From an uncultured delta proteobacterium (lineage in GTDB: Bacteria > Myxococcota_A > Polyangia > Haliangiales > Haliangiaceae), in contig CAWKDB010000010.1 of NCBI GenBank assembly GCA_963848295.1, positions 1,440,001 through 1,504,000 on the forward strand: 64,000 nucleotides of DNA, written 5' to 3'. The notes below the pieces were generated by a model. That model was not told where the DNA came from. It saw only the letters and a list, made by a program, of their open reading frames with translations, and did not search any database. Within the stretch, counting starts at the first letter, position 1; each line of letters opens with the position of its first letter. Position numbers and translations under genes: made by a program. Below, piece after piece: positions 30,593-41,050 of this stretch.

Positions 30593-33079
30593 GTGCCCGA
30601 CCGATCCTCCGAGCAGCTCGCGCGACGCTACGTCGCGTGGTGCAAGCGGCGCGCACTCGCGATCATCGCGGCACACGTCGCGGTCGTCGCAGCAGCGGTC
30701 TACCTGATCGCGTTCCATCTCCCGCTGTACGCCGACTTTTCGTACTTGTTGCCGCAAGACGCGCCGGCGGTGAAGGACCTGCGCAAGATCGAAGCGCGCG
30801 TCAAGACGCCGGACACCGTGCTCGTGTTGATCACCGCGCCGACCAAAGCGGAGCGCGCAGCGGTCGCCAGCGAGATGGCGGCCGAGATGCGCAAGCTGTC
30901 GCCCGAGCTCGTCGACCGCGTCGACGACGATGATTCGGTCACGCGCAACTTCCTGCACGCGCATCGCTTCCTGCTCGCGCCACTCGACGACTTGATCGCG
31001 GCGCGCGACGCGCTGAAGCAGCGGATCAAAGACGCGAAGCTCGCGGCCGATCCGCTGTACGTCGATCTCGAAGACCACGATGCGGCGGCGGACAAGGCCG
31101 AGCTCGAGCGACTGCGCAAGAAGCGCAAGGACGCCGAAGCGAAGATCGATCGCCCGACGATGGTCAGCGCCGACGGGCTCACCGCAAAGCTCGAGGTCCG
31201 CGGCGCGTTTCGTGCGACCGACGCCGGGCTCGGCCACAAGCTCCTCACCGAGCTCGAGGACATCGGCGCGCGGATCACGGCGCAGCATCCGCAAGTGAAG
31301 ATCGGCTATACCGGCAGCGTCGTCACGTCGGTGGTCGAGCACAACGCGATCCTCAACGGCATCGTGCTGTCGAGCATCGTGACGACGCTGCTCGTCGCGC
31401 TCGTGCTCGCGCTGTACTTCCGCAGCGCGACGCTGCTCGTGCTGCTCGTCGGGACGATCGGGGTCGCAACCGCGGGAGCGTTCGGCGCCGCCGCGCTCAC
31501 CGTCGGTCACCTCAACGCCGCTACCGCGTTCCTGGGCGCGATCATCGCCGGCAACGGGATCAACTACGGCATCTTGTTGATCGCACGTTATCTCGAGGAG
31601 CGCCGCTCGACCGACACCGACGAAGCGCTGGTCCAGGCGATCGTCGGCACCTTACGTCCGACCGCGGTCGCTTCGCTCGGCGCGTCGATCGCGTACGGCT
31701 CGCTCGCCGCGACCAGCTTCAAGGGCTTCGCCGACTTCGCCGTGATCGGCGCGATCGGCATGTTGCTGTGCTGGATCGCGACGTACCTGTTGCTGCCGGC
31801 CCTGATGCTGCGGTTCGGTCGCGACACGCGGATCCACACCGGCGATCCAGTCGTCGGTCGCACGCTCGTCAGGGTGCTCGGCTTTCGCAACTCGAAAGCG
31901 GTCCTCGCGGTCAGCGCTGTACTCGCAATCGCCGCGGCGGTCGTGGTCACGCGCTACGTGATGCACGACCCGTTCGAGTACGACAGCAAGAAGTTGCGGT
32001 CCGAAGGCGCCGATGCGGTGTCCGCGCGCGATTGGATGAAGCTGTCCGACGCGAAGTTCGGTCGCGGCTACTCCGGCCGTACGTACATCGCCGCCGACCG
32101 CCCCGATCAGGTCCGCCAGATCGTCGATGCGCTGCGCAAGCGCGACCGGGAGGTCCCGCCGTCGCAACGCGCGATCGGCGACATCAAGTCGATCCTCGAC
32201 GTCGTGCCCGAGCGCAAAGACCAAGAGGCGAAGATCAAGGTGCTGGACGAGATCCGCCACCTGCTCGATGATCCTGCGCTCGAGGGGCTCGACGACAAGG
32301 AGCGCGCCGAGCTCGCAGAGCTGCGGCCTCCGGATCACTTGACGCCGATCACGATCGCGAGCTTGCCCGCGCCGATCCGCGAAGTGCTCACCGAGAAGGA
32401 CGGTCGGGTCGGCTACCTGGTCTCGATCCGCCCGGCCGACCGGATGGACGACTGGAACGGTCACGACATGGTCACGTTCGCGAACGCGGTGCGCCGGCTC
32501 GATCTCCAGAACGGCGAGACCGTCACGACGTCCGGACCGAGCGTGATCTTCGCGGATATCTTGACCTCGATCGATCGCGACGCGCCGATCGTGACCGCGA
32601 TCGCGGCGGTCGGGCTCGTCGTCATGGTGCTGTTGCTCGTCGGACGCAATCGCCGCACCGTCGCGGTGTTGGTCGCGACCGCGGCGGGCTCGCTGTTGAT
32701 GGTCGCGGCCTGCGCATTGCTCGGGCTCAAGGTGAACTTCCTCGACTTCGTCGCGCTCCCGATCACGCTCGGCCTCGGCATCGACTACGCGATCAACGTC
32801 GCGCATCGGCACGAGTCCGATGAGGTCCCCGATCCGCTCGAGACCTTGCGCACGAGCGGGAGCGCGGTGTTCGTTTGCTCGTCGACCACCATGATCGGCT
32901 ACGGCTCGCTGCTGGTCAGCGAGAACCTCGCGATCCGGGGCTTCGGCACCGCGTCGCTGATCGGCGAGATCGCATGTGTGCTGACCGCACTCGTGCTTGT
33001 CCCCGCGCTGCTCGCCGTCGGAAAACGCCGTTCACCGCGCGGAGTCTCCGCCGCCGAACCGGCGGAATACGGCGTATGA
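30593..33079 (+). CDS. MMPL/RND-family lipid transporter
   Basis: Two repeats of TM + periplasmic domain + 5 TM; GNGINYGI and GLGIDYAI motifs. Confidence 0.88.
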   Translation: MPDRSSEQLARRYVAWCKRRALAIIAAHVAVVAAAVYLIAFHLPLYADFSYLLPQDAPAVKDLRKIEARVKTPDTVLVLITAPTKAERAAVASEMAAEMRKLSPELVDRVDDDDSVTRNFLHAHRFLLAPLDDLIAARDALKQRIKDAKLAADPLYVDLEDHDAAADKAELERLRKKRKDAEAKIDRPTMVSADGLTAKLEVRGAFRATDAGLGHKLLTELEDIGARITAQHPQVKIGYTGSVVTSVVEHNAILNGIVLSSIVTTLLVALVLALYFRSATLLVLLVGTIGVATAGAFGAAALTVGHLNAATAFLGAIIAGNGINYGILLIARYLEERRSTDTDEALVQAIVGTLRPTAVASLGASIAYGSLAATSFKGFADFAVIGAIGMLLCWIATYLLLPALMLRFGRDTRIHTGDPVVGRTLVRVLGFRNSKAVLAVSAVLAIAAAVVVTRYVMHDPFEYDSKKLRSEGADAVSARDWMKLSDAKFGRGYSGRTYIAADRPDQVRQIVDALRKRDREVPPSQRAIGDIKSILDVVPERKDQEAKIKVLDEIRHLLDDPALEGLDDKERAELAELRPPDHLTPITIASLPAPIREVLTEKDGRVGYLVSIRPADRMDDWNGHDMVTFANAVRRLDLQNGETVTTSGPSVIFADILTSIDRDAPIVTAIAAVGLVVMVLLLVGRNRRTVAVLVATAAGSLLMVAACALLGLKVNFLDFVALPITLGLGIDYAINVAHRHESDEVPDPLETLRTSGSAVFVCSSTTMIGYGSLLVSENLAIRGFGTASLIGEIACVLTALVLVPALLAVGKRRSPRGVSAAEPAEYGV

Positions 33080-33088
33080 TCGACAGTC

Positions 33089-34237
33089 GTGAAGGCCTGC
33101 TGTGCGTTGGTGCTTGCGATCGGCTCGTCGGGTTGTAACTTCACGCTCAACACCGCGCCGAGTGACGCCAACCCACCCGACGCTCGACCCGACGCGAGCC
33201 GCGACGTAGGCTCGGATGCTCCGCTTAACCCGGTCTGCTTCGACGGCCCCTACGCGATTCACGTGTGCATCCAGGGCGGGTTGTCCGGCACGATCCACGT
33301 CACCGACGATCTGGTGATCGACACCGGCGCCGTCCAGAACGCGCTTCCCGGGACGACGAGCTGCGCGATGCTCGCGACCGGCACGACGACGACCGCGTGC
33401 GTGCTCGCGGCCAGCGCGTTCATGCTCGACGGCACCCACGCGTTGTCCGCCCACGGCCCATTGCCGCTGATCGTGCTCGCGGACACCGTCCAGATCGACG
33501 GGCTGATCGACGTGGCGAGCCACTCCGCCACGAACGTCGTCGGCGCGATGGCCAGCCCGATGACCTGCGATGCCGGCACGTTGCCGACCGCAGGCGCCGC
33601 GGGTGGCGGAGCGGGTGGCAGCTATGTGATGAAGGGCGGCAACGGTGGCGATCAGGACGGCGATGGCGGCAGCGGCGGAACCGCCGGGGCAAAGATGGCG
33701 GTCGCGCTCGTCGGTGGGTGCAGTGGCCAGGACGGTGGCACGATGGGCGGAGCGGCCGGCACGGGCGGAGGCGCGATCGCGATCGTCGCCACAACCTCGA
33801 TCGCGATCAGCGGCGGCGGTGGGATCGACGCGTCGGGCGGCGCTGGCGGTGGCGCTCCGGCGATGGCGGCCGATCGAGGCGCTGGCGGTGGTGGTTCTGG
33901 CGGAGCGATCGCGCTGCAAGCACCGACGATCGACAACGATGGTCAGGTGTACGCGAACGGCGGCGGCGGTGGTGGCGGCTGCAACATGGCGACCGCGGGT
34001 GCGGCCGGTGGCGAAGCGATCGATGCGACGACGAAGCCCGCCGGTGGCACCGCGGGCGTAGGTGGCGCAGGCGACGGCGGTGACGGTTTCTACGACGGCC
34101 ACAACAGCGCGAACGGCAAGCCCGGCACGAACAACAACGACGGCGGCGGTGGCGGCGGCGGCGGCGCCGGCATCGTGTTCGCGTCGACGAAACCCGGTGG
34201 CGGCGGCGACATCTCGCCCGCGGTCACCACGCCCTAG
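33089..34237 (+). CDS. Gly-rich secreted/lipoprotein
   Basis: Signal with SSGC; repeated GGGGGSGGAI units. Confidence 0.7.
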   Translation: MKACCALVLAIGSSGCNFTLNTAPSDANPPDARPDASRDVGSDAPLNPVCFDGPYAIHVCIQGGLSGTIHVTDDLVIDTGAVQNALPGTTSCAMLATGTTTTACVLAASAFMLDGTHALSAHGPLPLIVLADTVQIDGLIDVASHSATNVVGAMASPMTCDAGTLPTAGAAGGGAGGSYVMKGGNGGDQDGDGGSGGTAGAKMAVALVGGCSGQDGGTMGGAAGTGGGAIAIVATTSIAISGGGGIDASGGAGGGAPAMAADRGAGGGGSGGAIALQAPTIDNDGQVYANGGGGGGGCNMATAGAAGGEAIDATTKPAGGTAGVGGAGDGGDGFYDGHNSANGKPGTNNNDGGGGGGGGAGIVFASTKPGGGGDISPAVTTP

Positions 34238-35124
34238 GTGAGCCGTTTGCCTTCGGGCGACCAGCGATAATAGCCCTCGCCCGATTTCTTGCCGAGCTTG
34301 CCGGCGGCGACCTTGTCGCGCAGCGACTGCGGCGGTGCAAAGCTCGGCCCGATCGCGGTCGCGAGGTAGTCGGCGATGCCCAGCCGGACGTCGAGCCCGA
34401 CGAGATCGGTGAGCTCGAGCGGCCCCATCGGATGGCCGTAGCCGAGCTTCATGGCGGTGTCGATGTCGGCGGGCGAGGCGACGCCCTGCTCGACCATGCG
34501 CATCGCTTCGAGGCCGATCACGAGCCCGAGCCGACTCGACGCGAAGCCCGGACTGTCGGCGACGGTGATCGGCGTCTTGCCCAATTTCTCGGCGAGCGCG
34601 ACCGCGAGTGCGATCGCGCCGGCATCCGCCTTGGTGTGGCGCACCACCTCGACGAGCTTCATCACGTGCACCGGGTTGAAGAAGTGCATGCCGACGAGCC
34701 GCGCCGGTTCGCGCACCGCCGCGGCGATCTCGGCGATCGGCAGCGACGACGTGTTGGTCGCGAGCAACGCGTTGGCCGGGGTCGCGCGATCGACGGTCGC
34801 GAAGATCTCGCGCTTGAGCTCGATCCGTTCGGGGACGGCTTCGATCACGGCCTGCACGCCGTCGCAAGCGATCGCGAGCTCGGTCGCCGGTGACAACCTC
34901 GCGAGCGCGCTATCGCGGTCCTGCGGCGACAACTTGCCGAGCTCGACGCCCTTGGCAAGGTTCTTCGCGATCTTGTCGATCGCGGCCTCCGCCGCCCCCG
35001 GAATGGCGTCGAACAGTCGCGCGTGGATACCGGCGACCGCGGCGACGTGCGCGATGCCGTGGCCCATCGTGCCGGCTCCGATGACCGCGATGGTGCGAAC
35101 CTGGTCGAGCGTTGGAACGATCAC
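34234..35124 (-). CDS. 3-hydroxyacyl-CoA (3-hydroxybutyryl-CoA) dehydrogenase
   Basis: GAGTMGHGIA, IEAVPE, TNTSS, GMHFFNP, PMGPL; 3' part of a longer spurious ORF. Confidence 0.93.
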   Translation of the reverse strand: MIVPTLDQVRTIAVIGAGTMGHGIAHVAAVAGIHARLFDAIPGAAEAAIDKIAKNLAKGVELGKLSPQDRDSALARLSPATELAIACDGVQAVIEAVPERIELKREIFATVDRATPANALLATNTSSLPIAEIAAAVREPARLVGMHFFNPVHVMKLVEVVRHTKADAGAIALAVALAEKLGKTPITVADSPGFASSRLGLVIGLEAMRMVEQGVASPADIDTAMKLGYGHPMGPLELTDLVGLDVRLGIADYLATAIGPSFAPPQSLRDKVAAGKLGKKSGEGYYRWSPEGKRLT

Positions 35125-35184
35125 CGCGCGAACGTACGCGATCTGCCGAGTTCTTGAAATCGTACGCGGACGACTACGAGTCGG

Positions 35185-36837
35185 ATGCGGTACCGTGCCG
35201 CCGTGGTCGACATCGATCGTCTGCACCGCGAGCTCGAAGCGATCGTCGGGCCACGACGCGTTTCGATCCGCGAGGTCGACCTCGACGTCTACGCACGCGA
35301 CATGTGGCCGCGCCTCTTGCTCGCGCATCGCGATGGCTCGCCACCGCCCCGCCGACCGCACGCCGTCGTGTGGCCCGAGCATGTTCGCGAGATCGTCGCG
35401 ATCGTCAAGCTCGCGCGCGAGCAGGGCTTGCCGATCGTGCCGTACGGAGGCGGCTCCGGGGTGTGCGGCGGCGCCGTGCCGATCCACGGCGGCATCACGG
35501 TCGACACCAAGCGGATGCAGCAGCTGCGCTCGGTCCGCAACGATGATCTGATCTGCGACGTCGAAGCCGGGCTCAACGGCGAGCGGTTCGAACGCGAGCT
35601 CGAGCGCCGCGGCTACACGTTCGGCCATTTCCCATCGTCGATCTACTGCTCGACCGTCGGGGGCTGGATCGCGACCCGCGCCGCCGGCCAGCTGTCGACG
35701 AAGTACGGCAAGGTCGAAGACCGCGTCGCCGGCCTCACGATCGTCACGGGCCGCGGCGAGATCGTCGAGACCGACGGGCCGAATCGAGCGCTGCGCGGCC
35801 CGAGCTGGAGCCAGCTCATCCTCGGCAGCGAGGGCACGCTGGGGCTCATCACGTCGGCGCGCCTGCGCGTATCGCCGGCGCCGCAGCTCCGGGTGTTTCG
35901 CGGGTTCGAGATCGGCAGCGTCGAACAAGGCGTCCATGCGATCCGTCGTGTCTTGCAGAAGGGCCTGCGGCCCGCGGTCGTCCGGCTCTACGACGAGCTC
36001 GATACGCTGATCGAGTCGTTCGGTCACCACGAAGGCCCGGCCGACAAGCAGCCCGACAAGGATCCGCGCGCGCCCGCGCCACCGATCGCGACCGGCGCGT
36101 TGCCCGCGTGGCCCGATAGCGAGGCTCCCGACGACGATCCGCTGTCCGATCGCTTGATCGGCAAGCTGGTCGGCTTCGCGAAGCGGCGCGCGCTCGAGAG
36201 CGGAGGTGTCGTCAACAAGCTCGCGAATGCGGTCGCGGAGAAGGTCGCTCGCCGCGGCTGTCGGATGGTGATCGGGCTCGAAGGCGCGCGCATTCGCACC
36301 GAGGTCGAAGCCGCGTTGACGTTCGGCGAGCTCGAGGCCGCGGGCGCGCGCGACAAAGGTGAGGATCCGGGCTGGGCTTGGCTGCGCCGGCGCTACGCGG
36401 TGAGCTATCGGATGTCGCCGGTGTTTCGCGACGGCGCGTTCGTCGACACGATGGAGGTCGCCGCGAGCTGGGAGCGGCTGATGGACCTTTATCACGCCGT
36501 GCGCGCGGCGCTGTCGCAGCACGCGGTCGTGATGGCGCACTTCTCTCATGCGTATCGAGACGGCTGCTCGATCTACTTCACGTTCGCCGGTCAAGCGGAC
36601 GATACCGCGACCTCGGAGCGCCGTTACGACTCGATCTGGCGCGACGGGCTCGAGGCGACGACGCGGGTCGGCGGCACGATCAGCCATCACCACGGCGTCG
36701 GCTTGCTCAAGGCGCCGTACATGGCGGGCGAGCATCGCGAGGCGATGGCGATCTTCGAGGGCATCAAGCGCAGCTTCGATCCCGACAACATCTTCAACCC
36801 GGGCAAGATGGGCCTGCGCGGAACGCCGAAGTCATGA
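35185..36837 (+). CDS. FAD-binding oxidoreductase, alkyl-DHAP synthase-like
   Basis: PYGGGSGV, GHFPSS..STVGGW, STKYG, GSEGTLG, HFSHAY, SHHHGVG, FNPGK. Confidence 0.85.
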   Translation: MRYRAAVVDIDRLHRELEAIVGPRRVSIREVDLDVYARDMWPRLLLAHRDGSPPPRRPHAVVWPEHVREIVAIVKLAREQGLPIVPYGGGSGVCGGAVPIHGGITVDTKRMQQLRSVRNDDLICDVEAGLNGERFERELERRGYTFGHFPSSIYCSTVGGWIATRAAGQLSTKYGKVEDRVAGLTIVTGRGEIVETDGPNRALRGPSWSQLILGSEGTLGLITSARLRVSPAPQLRVFRGFEIGSVEQGVHAIRRVLQKGLRPAVVRLYDELDTLIESFGHHEGPADKQPDKDPRAPAPPIATGALPAWPDSEAPDDDPLSDRLIGKLVGFAKRRALESGGVVNKLANAVAEKVARRGCRMVIGLEGARIRTEVEAALTFGELEAAGARDKGEDPGWAWLRRRYAVSYRMSPVFRDGAFVDTMEVAASWERLMDLYHAVRAALSQHAVVMAHFSHAYRDGCSIYFTFAGQADDTATSERRYDSIWRDGLEATTRVGGTISHHHGVGLLKAPYMAGEHREAMAIFEGIKRSFDPDNIFNPGKMGLRGTPKS

Positions 36838-38072
36838 CGACGTTGCGCGAGCAACTCGTCGCCGCGGTCGGCGTCGGAGCGGTCGACGAGCTCGGCGATC
36901 CCGCCGGCTTGCGCGTCGCGCCGCGCTCCGCTGCGGAAGTCGCCGAGGTCGTTCGCCGCACCGCCGCTGCCGGGGGAGCGGTGTACCCCGTCGGCGCCGG
37001 CGGTCGCCCCGCTCACCATCACGATCCGCGACCCCGCGTGTTCATCTCGACTCGCCGGCTCGATCAGGTCTTGCAGATCGACGAGCAATCGCTGCTCGTC
37101 CACGTCCAGGCGGGCGTCACCGGGATCGAGCTCGAGCGCGTGCTCGCGCCGCGGGGCCTGTCGGTCGGCGACTATCCCCCGGCGGTGTTGGCGTCGTCGC
37201 TCGGCGGCCTGCTCGCGGTGCGTACGCCGGGAAAATCGAGCGCGCGCCACGGCTTCTTCGAGGAGGCGGTCGCCGGCGTCTCGGCGGTGCTCGCCGATGG
37301 CCGCACCGTTCACACCCGCGTCGCGCCACGGCGATCGACCGGCCCCGACTTCGCGCGCGCGTTGTGCGGCAGCGAGGGCACGATCGGCTTCATCACGTCG
37401 GCGGTGTTGCGCGTCCACACGCGTCCGGAAGCGCGGCTCGTCGCGGCGTATCGGTTATCGTCGATCGACGCTGCGGTCTCGGCCGTGTATCTCGCGCTGC
37501 GTGAGGAGGCCGAGCCTTCGGGCTTGCGGATCTACGATGCGGCCGAAGCCGCACGGCACTTCGAGGGCCTGCCCGGCATGCCGTTGCGCGATGGTGAAGT
37601 GCTGCTGTGCGCCGCGACCGCGGGCCCGACGGATCTCGCGGCGTGCGACCGCGATCTGATCACGAGCGCGGTGCTCGCGGAAGGCGGCGCGGTCGCCGAG
37701 CACGCGCTTGCCGATCTGTGGTGGCGAAGGTTGCACGCCGGAGAACCAACACCCGGTCCGGGACCGACGCTGCAGATCATGGCGAGCCCGGGCAAGCTGC
37801 GCGCGGTCTACCACGCCGTCGCGACGACCGCGGTCGAGCGCGCCGCTTCGCTGCGCACGCACATCTCTCGGTTCGATGCCGACGGCGCCGTGATGTTCTT
37901 CACGCTCGATCCCGGCGATGACGTCACCTGCGCGCATGCCGAACGATCCGCGGAGGGCGCCGGCGGTTGGTTGCTCGGCGCACGCGCGGTCAAGCTCGAC
38001 CCGTATCTGCGATCGCTCCGCGATTCGCTCGATCCGAACCGGGTGCTAAACCCGGGCACGCTGGCGACATAG
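36834..38072 (+). CDS. FAD-binding oxidoreductase paralog lacking the C-terminal His motif
   Basis: SSLGG, GSEGTIG, LNPG present; HHHG absent; overlaps upstream stop. Confidence 0.8.
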   Translation: MTTLREQLVAAVGVGAVDELGDPAGLRVAPRSAAEVAEVVRRTAAAGGAVYPVGAGGRPAHHHDPRPRVFISTRRLDQVLQIDEQSLLVHVQAGVTGIELERVLAPRGLSVGDYPPAVLASSLGGLLAVRTPGKSSARHGFFEEAVAGVSAVLADGRTVHTRVAPRRSTGPDFARALCGSEGTIGFITSAVLRVHTRPEARLVAAYRLSSIDAAVSAVYLALREEAEPSGLRIYDAAEAARHFEGLPGMPLRDGEVLLCAATAGPTDLAACDRDLITSAVLAEGGAVAEHALADLWWRRLHAGEPTPGPGPTLQIMASPGKLRAVYHAVATTAVERAASLRTHISRFDADGAVMFFTLDPGDDVTCAHAERSAEGAGGWLLGARAVKLDPYLRSLRDSLDPNRVLNPGTLAT

Positions 38073-38179
38073 CACCCTGATAGCCGGCTGGCCGAGTAGC
38101 CGGCTCGATGGCGCAGCGCGGAAAGTCTGCGCAGCACCGGGGCTCGCGCGTGGTCCACCGCGTGCACTTAGTCGCCGTC

Positions 38180-39268
38180 ATGAGGATCGTCGTCTCCTGC
38201 TTGGCGTTGACACTCGCGGCTTGTGCGTTCGACACGCCGGCCCCTGGAACGGATCCCGGCACCGGCGGTAGCGGAAAAGCCGACGGCGACGGTTCGGGCT
38301 CGGGTTCGGGCTCGGGTTCGGGCTCGGGCTCGGGCTCGGGCACCGGTTTCGCGCCGGTCCCCGACATCCAGTGCGCCGGCGCGCCCGACGCAGGCCCCGC
38401 GGGCGCGTTCAACCACGTCAGCAGCGAGATCATCTCGGCGCTCGGCGACCCGAAGCACCGCGGCTTCGACCTCGTGACGCCCGCGAGCGCCGACCCTCAA
38501 GCGCTCGAAGGGTGGATCTCCTACACGATCGCCGACAAGGCGCTCGAAGATGAAAATGTCGACGTGTTCGCGTGCAACGACCAGCAGCAGTGGGAGAACG
38601 TCGGTAGCGCGACCACCGACGACGAAGGTCACTTTTCGCTGTCGCTCACGGGCTCGGCTCGGCTCGGCATCGGCTTGCGCGATCTCTACGTGTCGGTCAC
38701 CGGCGATCGCACCGGCGTGAGCTTCCTCGCGTACGTCGCGCCCGACGGCTCGCCGCTGCTCGTGTCCGATGTCGACGGCACGCTGACCTCATCCGAAGAT
38801 GCGTTCGCCGAAACGATCCTGCTCGGCATCGAGCCCGATGCTCAACCCGGCGCCGCGACCGCGTATAGCGGCGCGCAAGCGAAGGGCTATCAACCGGTCT
38901 ACGTCACCGCGCGCGGCAACCAATACACCACCGATACGCGCCAGTGGCTGTCGGACAAAGGCTTCCCGCGTGGCCCGGTGCGGCTATCACCATCGTTCGT
39001 CACGCTACCGGGCGGCGACACGATCGACTACAAGACGTCGACGATCACAGGGCTCGGGCAAGGCCTCGACGTCGCGATGGGTGTTGGCAACCGCGATAGC
39101 GACATCACCGCATACACGAATTCCGACGTCGCGCCCGATCGCATCTTCATCCTGTTGCCCGAGTATCAGAGTGAATGCCAAGCCGACCTCGACGCCGGTA
39201 AGGCGCTCGGCTTCACCGCGTACTCCGATCTCGCGAGCACGTACATCTCGGCGCTACCGACCGAGTAA
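38180..39268 (+). CDS. LNS2/PITP-like HAD-superfamily lipoprotein
   Basis: Lipobox LAAC, GKAD + (GS)n linker, SDVDGTLT, YVTAR, GFPRG, GNRDSD. Confidence 0.8.
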   Translation: MRIVVSCLALTLAACAFDTPAPGTDPGTGGSGKADGDGSGSGSGSGSGSGSGSGTGFAPVPDIQCAGAPDAGPAGAFNHVSSEIISALGDPKHRGFDLVTPASADPQALEGWISYTIADKALEDENVDVFACNDQQQWENVGSATTDDEGHFSLSLTGSARLGIGLRDLYVSVTGDRTGVSFLAYVAPDGSPLLVSDVDGTLTSSEDAFAETILLGIEPDAQPGAATAYSGAQAKGYQPVYVTARGNQYTTDTRQWLSDKGFPRGPVRLSPSFVTLPGGDTIDYKTSTITGLGQGLDVAMGVGNRDSDITAYTNSDVAPDRIFILLPEYQSECQADLDAGKALGFTAYSDLASTYISALPTE

Positions 39269-40768
39269 TCAGTCTGACTTCTGCATATCGGCGACGAGCT
39301 TGCGCATGAACAGCTCGATATTGCGGCGGAGCGCCGGGTCCTCGCACACCGGCAGCGCGCGGCGCCAGGTCTCGACCGCGCGCGCGTGGAGCCCCTGGCG
39401 AAAATACAGATACGCGAGCCGGGTCAACGCCGGGAAGTAGCCGGGCTGGAGCTCGACGACCGCTTCGTACTCGTCGACGGCCTCGGGCCAGCGCGACGCT
39501 CGCTGCAGCATGTTCGCGAGCATGAAGTGGAGCTTCGGGCTGACCGGATCGGTGACGAGCGCGCCGCGCAACCCCGCGATCGCGCCGTCGACGTCACCGG
39601 CGTGATAGCGCCCGAGCGCATCGGCGAGCTCGGCGTCGTGATCGATGCGCTCCTCCGGGATCAGATCGCGGAGCAGGCGCTGCACGCGCCGCATGTCGAA
39701 CGGCTTCTCGAGGTACGCATCGGCCGCAACTCGCTGCAGCATCTCCTCCGGAACCTGCCCGGTGTCGACGACCGAGGTCGTGACGATCACGCGCGCGCGG
39801 GCGAGCCGGCGGCTGCGCTTGATCGCGGCGCACAGCTGGAGCCCGTCGGTGCCAGGCGTCGCGACATCGGCGAAGACCAGATCGAACGACATCGACGACA
39901 ACAGATCGATCGCCTTGCCCCCGTCGCCGACCGCCTGGCACTCGAACCCGGCGCGCTCGAGCTCGGCGACGAGGTTCATCCGCGCGGTCGCGTCCGGATC
40001 GACGACCAGCACGCGCGGTTTGCCACCGACCGTGTCGGCGGGCTCGACCGTGCCAGCGCGATCGAGCTCGGCGGTGACCACGCTGTTCGTTTCGTCCGGT
40101 AACGGCGTGCGCCCGTTCGAGGTCGTCGTCGTCGAGATATGCCAATCGCCGGTCAGCGTCGAGCTCGGCCCGTGCTCCTCGGACGGTAGCTCGTCGTCGG
40201 CCTCGATCGCACGCGCCGCTTCTTCGGCGAGCGCGCGCTGCGCCTGGCGATGCTCGTCCTCGCCGCCATCGGGGTAGACGATCGCGAGGTATTGCCCCGA
40301 GCGATCGATCTCGGGGCCGATCAGGTAGGGCTCGCCCGCTTTCCACTTGCGAAAGCCGAGGCGAATCGTCCGGGCCAGCGTGAGGTCGAGCGCGAGCCGG
40401 AGCTCGACCTGCTTGCCGCGCGAGGCGCCGAGCTCGCGCGCCGGCACGATCGCGTCTTCAGGACGCGCCGCCGCGATCACCAGCGTGTGCTCGTCCTCGG
40501 CCACGACCAGCGCGCTGAAGATCCGCGCCCACTCGGCCGAGACGTGCTCCAGGACGTCCAGCCGGATCGTCGACTCGTCGAACACGATCGCGGGCCAGCC
40601 GGTCTGGGCGGAGAGCGCGGTGCACAGCTGGCGCTCGGTGGCGTAGCCGAGCGCGTAAAGCTCGGAGGCCACAGGGTGCCGGCCGCTCTGTCGCGCCAGG
40701 GCGTCGTTCAGGGCGCTCGCGTCGATCACGCCCTGCGCGATCAACAGCTGCCCGATGGAGCCTCGCAC
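39269..40768 (-). CDS. MshEN/GspE-N + receiver + TPR multidomain response regulator
   Basis: IGQLLIAQGVID..L..AL..Q; VLVVD..DVATPGTDG..KPF; C-terminal TPRs. Confidence 0.8.
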   Translation of the reverse strand: MRGSIGQLLIAQGVIDASALNDALARQSGRHPVASELYALGYATERQLCTALSAQTGWPAIVFDESTIRLDVLEHVSAEWARIFSALVVAEDEHTLVIAAARPEDAIVPARELGASRGKQVELRLALDLTLARTIRLGFRKWKAGEPYLIGPEIDRSGQYLAIVYPDGGEDEHRQAQRALAEEAARAIEADDELPSEEHGPSSTLTGDWHISTTTTSNGRTPLPDETNSVVTAELDRAGTVEPADTVGGKPRVLVVDPDATARMNLVAELERAGFECQAVGDGGKAIDLLSSMSFDLVFADVATPGTDGLQLCAAIKRSRRLARARVIVTTSVVDTGQVPEEMLQRVAADAYLEKPFDMRRVQRLLRDLIPEERIDHDAELADALGRYHAGDVDGAIAGLRGALVTDPVSPKLHFMLANMLQRASRWPEAVDEYEAVVELQPGYFPALTRLAYLYFRQGLHARAVETWRRALPVCEDPALRRNIELFMRKLVADMQKSD

Positions 40769-41050
40769 GGAAGCCCGAACGTATCACCGCTTGATCGAAT
40801 GTGAGGAATGCAAGTCCTTGAGATCCTGATGACCGATCGCCGACGCGTGCTGCGCCGTGTCGAATTCACTGGCGATCAGGCATGTGATTGATAGACTCCA
40901 CCGCCCTTAGGAGCCTGCGGCTTCCGGCATGTGACAGCTTGGCGCAATCGAGAACCCCTTACAAAAGTCAAACGGCTGTAGCGATTAAGGTTTTCTCGAG
41001 TAGCCGCGCCGGCACCCACATTGCTTTGTAGTAGCCCAGAGGAGAACCCG

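Noticed and set aside
34234..36735. 833-aa minus-strand ORF and other long Arg/Ala-rich shadow ORFs (e.g. 3969-6284, 24152-26377, 54622-57090)
   Set aside because: Antisense or off-frame shadows expected at high GC; only the 3' portions with recognisable motifs or protein-like composition were kept.
38285..38345. GG[CT]TCG hexamer repeat
   Set aside because: In-frame Gly-Ser linker of a lipoprotein; different unit and no adjacent module.
40770..41050. Possible sRNA/riboswitch upstream of cdnL
   Set aside because: No convincing stem or known motif seen; compatible with an ordinary divergent promoter.
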